From contig CM059434.1 in the NCBI GenBank assembly GCA_030390025.1, positions 110,050,001 through 110,114,000 of the forward strand: DNA of 64,000 bases, in the 5' to 3' direction. Under the pieces are notes generated by a model. That model saw only the letters and a list, made by a program, of their open reading frames with translations. It was not told the origin of the DNA and did no database searches. The position numbers and the translations under genes are program-made. Source of the stretch: Squalus acanthias. Its lineage: Eukaryota. Positions 37,250 to 48,109 of this stretch are shown piece by piece (position 1 is the stretch's first letter; every line of letters starts with the position of its first letter).

Positions 37250-38530
37250 GCATGGCATTGTCTTTAGGCATATCCTTGTGTGCCATTATCGTGGAGGAGG
37301 AGGAGGAGGAGCAGTTGCACAGGATGGAGGAAAGGGGAGTCGGGCAGCATCTAGTAGGATGCAGACCATCGGATATCACTTCTCCCCTATAGAATATACC
37401 GGCAGTACAAGTCATATGAAGACCTTACTGAGGCGATGTGTCTTTTCTTCTTAGGCGGTCCCTCGGAACCGAGGATGACTTGCTTCCACATTAAAAATGA
37501 GTTCTCAGGTGACTGATGAGTCCAATGCGAGACCTACAGTCTTTGTCACAGGTGGGGCAGATGGTGGTTGAAGGGGCGGGTGGGTGGGGTGCTTGGGTTG
37601 ACGTACGCTCCTTGTGCTTGGCTTCCGCTTGCTCCCGGTGAAGAATTCGGTCACCTGAGGAAGAGAGTGTTTGAAGACCAGGACCTCAAACCCGGCACCA
37701 AGCTCGTGGTCTACAGAGCAGTAGTGATACCCGCCCTCCTGTATGCCTCAGAGACATGGACCATGTACAGCAGGCACCTCCAAGCACTGCAGAGGTACCA
37801 CCAACGCTGCCTCCATAAGATCCTGCAAATCCATTGGCAGGATAGGCGCACCAACGTCAGTGTTCTCGCTCAGGCCAACATGAGGCGATGTGTATAAGCG
37901 TGTACTTCACCAAAGAGGCAATAGGGCAGGTCTGTCACCTACTGCATAGGGACCTGTAGCCATGCTTATCTGCCTGCGCTCTCTCTGGCTAAGAATGTGT
38001 TTACTACACTCAACTTTTATGGCACAGGCTCTTTTTCAGGCAGCCACATGTGATGTCTAATATTAGCCAGGCTGTAATATGGGCATGCATTTGCTAAGTG
38101 ACTGACTAACTTTACAGGAGAGCTGGGGAATTCATCACCTTTTGGCATCACAGAAAGGCGCCGAGATAGGACAGTCCAGGTGCAATCTCTGGCACCCACA
38201 TTGCTTTGCGAGTTTCCACAGAACACCCCTACCTCCCAACAGGAAGGGCTTCCATTCCCTCAATCCATAGATTGTGTGTGGCAACATGCAGCGGATCCTA
38301 TATGTCAACACCAGATATGCTGGGTTGTCATCACCCGTTGAAATTTGGCCTTCCCTGACCTCTTCAGGGAAGAAAATCACTTCTGCGATGGCTTCCAGAT
38401 GATGAAACCTACTCCGTGCTCCAGTGGATAATGATCCGACTAAGAGTGGCTGAACAGCAGCAGCGCTACAATGAGGGACATGTCCCTACAAGATGGGTCA
38501 TCGCGAGCACCATTGGGGTCTTGGAGGAAA
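37250..38530 (+). pseudogene. Old degenerate Harbinger/HARBI1-like transposase remnant, interrupted by an RTE
   Basis: Broken peptides SYEDLTEAMC, FTKEAIGQVCHLLHRDL, LNFYGTGSF, NRKGFHSLN, RYNEGH..TRWVI that align in order with the transposase at 19572..20730. Confidence 0.75.
37442..37880 (-). mobile_element. RTE-clade insertion, 5'-truncated with an inverted 5' segment
   Basis: 13-bp TSD TGAGGCGATGTGT; 3' end on minus (37442-37640, same as the 24620-24750 tail); RT-downstream peptide on plus (VYRAVVIPALLYASETW). Confidence 0.88.
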
Positions 38531-39033
38531 GGAATGACAGCTATTCTGTATCTTTTTAACGATGCCTTTAAAATGCATCCATATAATGCTTATCTTTATT
38601 TTAATCAATCATCCAAATAACTTCTGATGTAGAATACATGTGTGTGCAAACTGCAGATTCTTGGTGAAACTCTGCCATTAAGTGGTCAAACTCCAGAAGA
38701 AGTAACATGTACCATTTCATTAGCAGCAGAGAGTAAATGATTCCAGATGCAATCAAATCTTGGCTAAGTTGCCTACATTTTATTACAGTTAATTCAAGTT
38801 CCAAATGACCAGATAAATTGACATTCCTGTCCATTATGGTCAATTGCTTTAAATGTGTTTGGTTTGGGAAACCTGTTTCTGATATGGCTCCCCAGTTGTC
38901 TGGACAAACAATGTCAGGTTTAAGTGGAGTACACTGTAATTTAATAATTGGACACTAAAGCATTTAACTTAGCCCATGGTATAAATTGAAATAACCTTGT
39001 AAAATGATTATAATGCATTTATTTTCTTTACAG

Positions 39034-39126
39034 GTTATTATATAGCCGTTTACATGCCTGGATATTTTTTACACCTCATTAATACACAACACCCTCATTT
39101 GGCTTGTCATAGTTTGTTTTTGTCAG
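39034..39126 (+). CDS. GSAP: GSAP exon (YYIAVYMPGYFLHLINTQHPHLACHSLFLS)
   Basis: ttacag / gtaaga; strong match to GSAP YYVAVYLPGHFFHLLNVQHP. Confidence 0.94.
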
Positions 39127-39862
39127 GTAAGAATGTTTTATATAACCTTTTAAGTAATGCCTCGTAACAATTTTTTAAACTTAAAAAGACATTTCTCAAC
39201 AGTCACATTGTTGGGTGGATTGGCACTACTTCAGATTGGTGCACTGCGGCACTGTACTATAGAGTGGTAGGACTTTGAACTCTTTCTTGTGGAGAATCGT
39301 AGGCATTACTCGCAGCCTCGTTGGTTCAGGCAGGTGCTGAATAGTAAGCAAGTCTCCCTTGAGCTGCTCATGCAGGACCTCCTGGTGATTAACGGGTTAC
39401 ACTTTTAAGATTTGCCTGAAGTCTGGGAGCCAAGTGCCTTCCTACTCTCTTAGCTGATGGTGGTTTTGGGGGTGTGTGGTGGGGGCGGGGTGGCGATGGG
39501 GAGGAAATAACCTGAAATAGCTGGGGACAATTGTAACACCCGGATTTCTGGGGGCAGCTTGGCAGACAGGAATTAAACCTGGCACTTTTTTATTTGTTTG
39601 GCTGTGCCACACCATAGAGCTCAGGTTAGCTGTAATGTTGTTGAACTTTTCTTGAATTAAAATAAAATCACTTGAGAGATTGCTGGGTATTTGCTTACAT
39701 CAAAACATGTTTATTAAAGTTCTTTTTGAGATTGCTGAGGCAATAAAGTTATAAACTATCATTCCTGTGGTAGTGTTCAGCAAAGTATTTATTTTTGGCA
39801 AATTCATCCTTTCTAATTGCTGGTGGTCTTGTTTATCCAAACTTGAGAAGCACAAATATAAA

Positions 39863-41604
39863 GGGGGTATTTTTCGGGGGGTCAGCAGGCGCGTTCGGTC
39901 GTGGGTCAGGTGGGAAAAAAAAATCCCGCCGCCATGCGCCTTTCCCAGATGTTGGGTCTGTCGGTGCTGAACAGACCCGACACGCAGCGGCAGAGGAGGC
40001 AATTCAGGTCATTATGACCTTGTTAACAGCCCATTAAGAAGTATTTTGAGCTCACCTTTACATTTTACGAGGTCGCCCATGGGGTCCACGCTGCTCGGGG
40101 ATTTCATCAGGTAAAGAGGTCGGGAGTTGTATGACCATGGAAGCATCTCATTACTTGACAGCTGCAAATGTGCTATAAAAGCTCCCATCTCACAGCTGTT
40201 CCCTTTCCAAGCTCAGAAGCTGTTGCTTACTGCATTTGGAAGACAGATTGAGTTTTATGCAGGTTGCAAGTGTTTGGAGCAAACTCTCTATCCAGTGTCA
40301 CCTCATTGGAACAACCTCTCTCACCATTGACTGATTGCTTCTGTCATCTCAAGTTCACCTGCCATCTATTCCATCCACATCGGTGCCTTTGAAACTATCT
40401 CACCTGGTCCACAGAATCCTACCACGATCAGCCCCCAACACCAGTAGCACCAGACACACCAGCAGCACCAACACCACCAACCTTCTCTGCAATCAACTGA
40501 TGCTGGACAGGGCATCAACATCAGAGCACATTGCTGCCCGGGAGGCCAGGGATGGCCTCACCATGGCCAGATTCACTTCACTTGATGCTGTTACACCCTG
40601 GCTGCCACATAATGCGCCAGGTTGGCACCACCCCACACCAGCACTATAAAGCATCCCTACAATGACCAAGCCATTCCTTTCGCACTCATCACCATTGGGG
40701 GGGGGGGAGGGTACCGTTATGTCTCACCATTCACTGCAACTCATTAAGCCACTTCCAAAGGTTCACACAAATCTGTCCAAGAACGCAAAGTGTTGAAAAT
40801 AAAGATTTCAATGTTTGACAGCACATTAAGAGAAACTTCACATGAACATTGGCTAAAACGCACAAGTGCAGACCCTTGTGTGTTAGTTGGTATGACTGGA
40901 CTGGGATGAGGTGAGTGTGAGGGGTGGCTAGTGAAATGGGAAATTAATAATGTAGATAGAGGGATTGGTGAGGTCCAAGCTAAGTTGGTGTGAATAAGGA
41001 TGTGCAGTAGTAGGGTAGAGAAGGCAGAGTGATGGGGATGTGATGAGTGGCACTGCAGGATGAGGTTGAGTGTGGCTTTGCAGTAACTTTTCGTAATCTA
41101 CTGAGATCATTGAAAGGTTTGCGGCACTGCAGCCTGGTCCTGACGACATCCCTGCTTGTGCCCTCCTGTGCAATGTGCCACCAGGCTGCGTTGGTCTCCT
41201 GGGGAGGTCTCTTCCACCCATTGGAAGGGAAGAGAACCTCCCTGCGTGCTGTGACTCCCTCAATAAGCATATGGAGGGAGTCATGGGAGAGCCTGGGTGC
41301 AGCCGTGCACCTCTGTGCAGTGCTTGTCAGTGTTTGAAGCACCTCAGTGCTGTAGAACACTGACCGCACAAATGTCAAAATTAATTTGCGCATGGTCCCT
41401 TTAAGGAAACCGACTGATGACGCGTCATCGAATGACGTCATCAGACCCACTTCCTTCAATTGGCTGGCAAATGCGCTGAGCGGGCTTAACAAGCCCAATC
41501 AGGGGAAAATCATTTTGGACAGCGGGCTGGAGCCGGCAGCAAGACCGGGACCCGCCACCGACGTCGCCCGCCATGGAGCTGCCGTGGTTGGTAAAATCCA
41601 GCCC
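39863..41604. mobile_element. Deleted Harbinger derivative with a Myb/SANT remnant (-) and a possible transposase C-terminal remnant (+)
   Basis: Imperfect TIRs GGGGGTATTTTTC / GTAAAATCCAGCCC, TSD AAA; ORF 40980..41498 contains RREVLFP...W.HIA...RTRLQCRKPFNDL. Confidence 0.78.
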
Positions 41605-41834
41605 AAAGAGTTTGGTTCTGTGCATCATTTAAAGCTACAGTGGACACAAAGGATAAGGTTCGTCCTACCATTAAATCTGGTTGTTGCTTACTTGAGTAAG
41701 TGACTGAATAGGATCACTTGTGAGTTTCAGTTGGACTATTGATGGGCCATACATTTTGCAGGAATGTATTCAATGATCTATTCATGATGATTGTAATTAT
41801 TTTAAGGGAGGGTTCAATTTTGTTAAAAATTTCA

Positions 41835-42128
41835 GGGTGATCTGATCGAGGTGTTTAAAATGTTAAAGGATCTGATAGGATAGATAAAGAGAAACTATTT
41901 CCTCTGATGGGGGAATCAAGAACAAGGGGACACAATCTTAAAATTAGAGCTAGGCCATTCATGAACAAAATCAGGAAGCACTTTTTCACACACAGGGTAA
42001 TAGAAATCTGGATATCTAGGGATATGGAGCAAAGGTGGAAAAATGGAGCTGAGGTGCAGATCAGCCATGATCTAATTGAATGGCAGAGCAGGCTCGAGGG
42101 GCTGAATGGCATACTCCTGTTCCTGAAT
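41835..42128 (+). mobile_element. CR1 3' fragment
   Basis: ESRTRGHNLKIRARPF...FFTHRV; CR1 3' UTR. Confidence 0.8.
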
Positions 42129-42174
42129 GACCATGATTTTATTAAACCAGAATAATAAGCTATATGTTTACTAG

Positions 42175-42392
42175 GCAAAGATGCCAAAGTGAAGCCCTGG
42201 AATTGCCAACGCTATATATTGTCATTGTCTGACTCGCTACTGGACTGTCAGTTGGGGAAAATGTATAAAGCTGACCTCGACCCACTGTTGTTGATGTTGT
42301 TCATGCACAGCAGTAAACTGGATTGCCATCAGCTCGCAGCGATGCATTGTGCAGTCTTGTATCTCCAGAGCAATTCAGAAACCGAAACGCAG
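42175..42392 (+). CDS. GSAP: GSAP exon (KDAKVKPW...LDCHQLAAMHCAVLYLQSNSETETQ)
   Basis: actag / gtactg; 218 nt, phase 1 to 0; overlaps ORF 42189..42488. Confidence 0.92.
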
Positions 42393-42720
42393 GTACTGGA
42401 TTATAATCTTGATCTAATCCGATATACACACCTCATTGCTCAACTTAGCATGTTTTTGGAACAAAATATAAAATGTTGCTCTGTTTAATAATAATACTGA
42501 ATATTCTTTGGAAACTGCAGTTGTATTCTTTGGTTTACAAATTAATTGTAGCATCCCTTTTCTTTTAGCCAGAAGTCACTTTTGAGCAAGTGTCTGGTTT
42601 ATGCAGGGTGCACTGTGGTATACAACAAGGGTAAATTTTATGAATTTGTGCTCCTGCTGAACAGCTTAAAATGGACAGCTAATTCTGTGGGTCTCATTGA
42701 CTTCATTGCCCAAACACCTC

Positions 42721-42909
42721 GGCCCAGAAACTCGTCCTGGGCGGGATCGGATCGGATCGGATCGGATCGGATCGGCCGCCCGTTATACGCAGTGCCTGAT
42801 ATTCAGTTGCATTGACTGCAATAGAACTGAATATCGGGTGCTGCGTATAACGAGTGGCTGATCCGATACCACCCGTTTTGTGCCACTGCCCGAGAGGAAT
42901 TTCTAGGCC
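42721..42909. mobile_element. Short palindromic MITE containing (GATCG)6
   Basis: TIRs GGCCCAGAAACTC / GAATTTCTAGGCC; internal imperfect inverted arms of about 45 bp. Confidence 0.75.
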
Positions 42910-43377
42910 CTAATGTTCCACATTACTGATACACTCCTGTTTGGTAAAGCTCCATGCTGGATGTGCAAATTTGTAATGTTTACTCTATTGTGTTTGGATT
43001 AGTGTTGATTTATTAGAGTTTCTCCCAGGCCTTATGATTTTTTTAAATTGATGCACCCATGTAGGTGAGTGCATCTGCCATTCAAATGGCGGTTGGTTTG
43101 GCTCTGTTCTTAAAACAAAATAGTTGAAACTTTGAAAACTATATCTTTATAATATTTCTTGCTTGTATTGACTACTTTAAATCTTTGTCCACATTGAGCC
43201 ATTGGTTAATTTTCTTACTAACTAAGTGTTTTAAGCCTTTTTATTTCCTCCTTTGGTTAGTTCGCTTTGAGGAGCAAATAGAAAAATAACAGTGTAATTT
43301 AATATATTAAAATAGTTTAGACCTAGTTAACAGCAATTATATAAATAATCACCGTGTATCTAAGTGTTTTTTTTTTT

Positions 43378-44232
43378 AAGCTGCGCCATGTGGGAATTTC
43401 AGGAAGCTTCATGTGTCCCGGATGCCCACGTGTGCAGGAAGTGCTTCCAGCTGCTCAAACAGAAGCTGAGGGTTTCTGAGCGTGAGGGGCAGCTGGATTC
43501 ACTACAGGGCATACGGGTGGCTGAATGTTTCCTGATCGCAGGTTCCAGGAGGTGGTCATCCCACAGCCAGATAGAGTTCAGAATAGCAAGTGGGTGGCCA
43601 TTCGGAAGGGTAGGAAGAGGCAGATCAGTATATTTCCTGCCCAACAAGGAAGGAGGCATTGCTGGATCTAGTTCTGGGGAATGAAGTGGGTCAAGTGGAG
43701 AATGTAGAATGTCACAGTGGTAGAGCATCTTGGGCATAGTGATCATAGTATCATGAGGTTTAGATTAGTTATGGAGAAGGACAAGGAGCAATAGAGAATT
43801 AAAAATACTTAACTGGAAGAGGGATAATTTCAGTGAATTGAGGGATTTAGCCCAGGTAAATTGGAGTCGAGGACTGGCAGGCAGAATGTAATGGAGTAAT
43901 GGGCGGCCTTTAAAGAGGAGATGATTCGGTTACAGTCTAGGTACAATCCCATGCGTGGGAAAGGGAAGGCCACCAAAGCCAGAGCTCTCTGGATGACGAA
44001 GGACTTGGAGAGTAGGATGAAGCAGAAAAAGGGGACTTATGACCGATGTCAGCTTGATAATACAAGGGAGAATCGGGCTGAATATAGAAAGTGCAGAGAA
44101 GTGAAAAAGGAAATAAGAGGGGCAGAGACAGTACGAGAATAGATTGACGGCTAACTTGATAAATACTTGAAGGAGAAAAGTTGCAGGGATATGGGGAAAG
44201 AGCCGCAGAGTGGGACTAACTGGATCGCTCTT
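43378..44232 (+). mobile_element. Fragmented old CR1 (ORF1 zinc-finger region plus ORF2 pieces)
   Basis: C.MWE...HVCRKC..L...LRVSE.E; LDLVLGNE; LGHSDHS; CR1 3' end. Confidence 0.7.
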
Positions 44233-44649
44233 TGAAAATTAAAAACATATACTGCAAATAGATAAGCACATCATTTAGAAGCCAATGCAGTTTGTTACAT
44301 ATAAAGATAAATGCAATTTTGCAGTAGGAAACCTTTCAAAGCAACAGAAAGAATCCTCAGAGAAGCATGAATACATTGAGTACAAAAGTAAACTGAGGAT
44401 AATCAAATATTAGAGAAGACATTTAAAAAATGTAAATAGTATAGAGAGCAAAGTACAAATAAGGGATTACGTAGATTACTTTTAATTCCATTCAATATTT
44501 TAGATGTGAGCAATGCCAAGGAAGATCAGCTAGTGTATGTAAATATGTTTTTAATATAAAAAGGTCAATTATGTATTTGAATGTTAGGAAAATAAAACGT
44601 TGAAAATTTGTCCTCCTGTTAATTTTTGATTTGACTTTTCCTCCATCAG

Positions 44650-44716
44650 ATTATTCACTGGCTGTGTGGCTTGTCTGTCTCTGGCTCTTATGATCTTATC
44701 CAGGAATTCATCCTTG
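44650..44716 (+). CDS. GSAP: GSAP exon (IIHWLCGLSVSGSYDLIQEFIL)
   Basis: catcag / gtaaga; DLIQEFI motif. Confidence 0.92.
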
Positions 44717-45289
44717 GTAAGAGGGTCCATTTAAGAGTAAATTCTAAGAATTGTTATTTTGGTGCTAAAACCTAATACTGTACCAACTAACCCCAGAATG
44801 GTTTTGAGGGATCATAGATTGTAATCTGTCTTTTAAAAAAATAAAATTATCGATATTAAGCATGTTGGTTGAAAAGCAGAGACAATATCAAGAAATTTAA
44901 TCAATGGTTCTGTGATACGTGGCTTCCAAAATGTTAATTTTCTAATACTTGTAAACTGGGTCAGGTATGTAATGCTGAACAAGTGTGCACACTTTCCTAA
45001 TGCTCCACATGGCAGAGGCACGTTTTCTGAGTGTAATGCAAGAAGCAAGCTGAATCCAATGACTAAGAACAGGACACATCATTCCTCAGTCCACCCGCCA
45101 ATGCACTCATGTGAATATGTAACAATTCCTGTATATACAGCTAAGGAGAGCATTTTATTGTAATTCACTGCCCAGAAGAACCTAGTTACTCTAAAAGGTC
45201 CTTGATCATTTTTGCATTATAGCCCAATGGCGATGGTAGAGATTTTTTTTAAAATACAGACTGGGAGCAGATTTAAGGACAGCAACATA

Positions 45290-46148
45290 GGCCGCTATTT
45301 TATTAATGGAGGCGGGTTGGGTGCGGGTCAGGTGGTTTCTGGCTTCCAGTCCCGCCCCCAGCTGCATCCACTCCAGATGTGATTTTGCCTTGATTGACCT
45401 TGTTAAGCCCATCCTGCGGGCTTGCCGGCCAATAAGCATGTCAGATGACATCATTTGATGATGCATCATCTGCCGGTTTCCTTAAAGGGACCACGCACAA
45501 TTTTATTTTGACTTCTCCGTGTTTGACAGCATTGAGGTGCTGCAAACATTGACAATCACTGTACAAAGGTGACCTCTTGCACCCAGGCTCTCCAATGACT
45601 CCCTCCATAGGCTGGAATAGATGGCAGCTGCAGGTGAGGTGACAGAAGTGATCTGTCACTGGTGAGAGAGGATCTCCCAATGAGGTGGCACTGGACATGG
45701 ATTTAAAAACTTGTAACCTAAAGAAATGTGTAAATGTATTAAAAATGTACTACCCAACATTTCTTTTCCTCTGAGACTCACCATGTGCAACATTGGATCC
45801 TTCACACCACTTCTGCAGCTGTCATCAATCCAGAAACATTACAGCAGACTCAACACGCCACACTTACCTGGCGTGGTGTCCGGACGTCTGGAAACCCGAG
45901 ACAGAAGCGGCAAAATTCAAAAATAGGCTAACAATTACTGGCAAGTACCTGTTAATAGGCAGGTAATTGCCTTTAATCCACTTCCCGCCGCTAAGTGTCG
46001 GGTCCATTCGCGAATCGGGGACCCGACACTTGGGAAAGCTGTTTGGAGGCGGGTTGATGGCGGGATCGCAACCCGCTGTCAATCAAAACGATTTTAACCT
46101 GTGATCCGCCTCCAAACCCGCCCTCTGAGCGCCGGCAAAATCGCGGCC
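45290..46148. mobile_element. Non-autonomous Harbinger-type element
   Basis: TIRs GGCCGCTATTTT / AAAATCGCGGCC; TSD ATA; subterminal sequence shared with 15291 and 41390-41604. Confidence 0.82.
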
Positions 46149-46580
46149 ATAGTCTCTCACTCGGATGAGAGACTGTGCTGCTGTCCTTCAATTTACTTCG
46201 TCGATAAATAAGCCTGCTTGAGTTCATTATGTTGTTTGATTTGATTATAATTCACTTCCACCTATCAAATGTTCCTTCTTCATATTTTCTATTGTAAATT
46301 ATGTGAGACCAGTAAATGAGAAGTGTGACATCACTCTGGATCGATGTTTTCACTTAAGTATGAAAATGCATGCGGATTTTACTGAAGTGGACACCATAGT
46401 CAATGATTAACTACTTTCCAGCGCTACTTAAGTTTGTATGAATTATGGTAAATAATGCTGCAGATCAGAAAAAACTTGTCTCCATATTTCACTTCATGCT
46501 GATTATTTTTTCTTAAATTGTACAAATGTTTTGGTTCTCTGGTAAAACTTTTATCTGCGTTCAAAATGAATTTGTTTCAG

Positions 46581-46663
46581 GTACTTTGTACAGGAAAGCT
46601 ATCTCAGAAACAAACACCATTGATAAACTGCTACCATACTCGTCCTTATTTAACTGGGATGGG
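46581..46663 (+). CDS. GSAP: GSAP exon (TLYRKAISETNTIDKLLPYSSLFNWDG)
   Basis: tttcag / gtaaga; DKLLP.SS motif. Confidence 0.92.
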
Positions 46664-46774
46664 GTAAGACTAATCTTGCAAATAATAAAACAAAATTGAA
46701 ACTGTTTTTGAAAATATGCAGATACCATTTTGTTAAATATAGGAAGCTAATCATTTCTTTCCAATTATCAATAG

Positions 46775-46834
46775 GAAATTGCTGGAGTAACCTACAGTAC
46801 AGAAAATATTTCACAACCTGTTGTTGGAGAAAAG
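46775..46834 (+). CDS. GSAP: GSAP exon (EIAGVTYSTENISQPVVGEK)
   Basis: aatag / gtgaga; follows a 111-nt intron; phase 0 to 0. Confidence 0.87.
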
Positions 46835-47457
46835 GTGAGACTACTGTACAATGCAGTTATAGTTTTAAGCATTCAACGACTGTTCATAATAAAACTGTAA
46901 ACATTGTTTTCACTGTTTTAATGGCATTGCGTCTCCCGGTAAGCCATTTAACACTCCCGGTGACCCACGGTAAATATTGAAGTGCTCCCAAACGATCTCC
47001 TGCCATAACTTCCGAAAGACTGTCCCTTAACTATAGGAAAGCGGTGTCACCATTGGAGAAAGCATTTTTATTAAAATACATGGCAGCTAGTGTATCAACA
47101 AATCAAGAAAAATACAGAATTCTTGAGATGGTGCTCATGGTGTGCAGTACGCCTGGCCTCGGGTGAACTGAAATACGACATTGTAGACTTCGAGAGTTTG
47201 AAAACCAATTAGTTAGTGCTAAAGACTCTCTTGTGACTTCTGGTTCACCGTACTATACTATGATTCAGTCGCACATATTTTCTGTTAGACTGACAATTCT
47301 CCCCTGTTCCCTCTTTCTCCACCCCACTCCCAACACACACAAAAAGCAAATTTCTTTGCTTCACTGAAAACTAACCAGATCCTCTAAGCGTACAGATTAG
47401 CAAGTTTGAGGGTCAGATGTTGGTATGACTATTATTTGTGACTTAAGTGATGTAATG

Positions 47458-47631
47458 TGTCTCCTCCTTTTAAGATGCTCCTTAAAACCTACCTTTTTGA
47501 CCAAGCTTTTGGTCACCTGCCCTAATATCTCCTTATGTGGCTCAGTGTCAAATTTTGTTTGATAATCGCTCCTGTGAAGCGCCTTGGGATGTTTTACTGT
47601 TAAAGGCGCTATATAAATGCAAGTTGTTGTT
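47458..47631 (+). mobile_element. L2-type LINE 3' end
   Basis: SFKMLLKTYLF-like terminus and GTGAAGCGCCTTGGGA...GGCGCTATATAAATGCAAGTTGTTG tail. Confidence 0.65.
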
Positions 47632-47714
47632 TGCCACTCTGGAGTTGTTATATTATACAGTATTTGATTATTTGCTTGTCAATATTTTTACTAGTGTATG
47701 CATTCCCTTTCCAG

Positions 47715-47849
47715 ATTCCAAATCTTAAAGGTTTTTGGGAAGAGCTGAACAGGAATGTGGAATCTGTGAAGAATTTAGAAAATTTACATAGTCCACGGTA
47801 CAATAATAGTTCCTTGAGAAGAATCAAAGCAAAGCTATTTTCAGAAATG
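47715..47849 (+). CDS. GSAP: GSAP exon (IPNLKGFWEELNRNVESVK...KLFSEM)
   Basis: ttccag / gtaaga; 135 nt; KGFWE.LN and YNNS motifs. Confidence 0.92.
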
Positions 47850-48109
47850 GTAAGACAATTTTGGTGAGCATTCATAGTTTTTAATGTAACCAGTAAGCAA
47901 TTTAACACTTTGGAAACCTTTGAAAGTGGCTTGTAGGTGGCATTTAATTTTAATAAAACTATTTTAAAATCAGGAGCATATATTGATCTTGAATAATTTT
48001 ATTGAATCTGTAAAGTGAGGTTAATGGTTTTAGGAAAGAAAGTATTGGCTCCATAAATACACACAGCTTGCAGGTGGCGGAGTGGGTGTTGGGAACCTCC
48101 ACTCCTCAT

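Noticed and set aside
42745-42775. Short tandem repeats (GATCG run; also a 13-bp duplication at about 10309-10338) as a CRISPR-like array
   Set aside because: No spacers, eukaryotic context, simple slippage repeats
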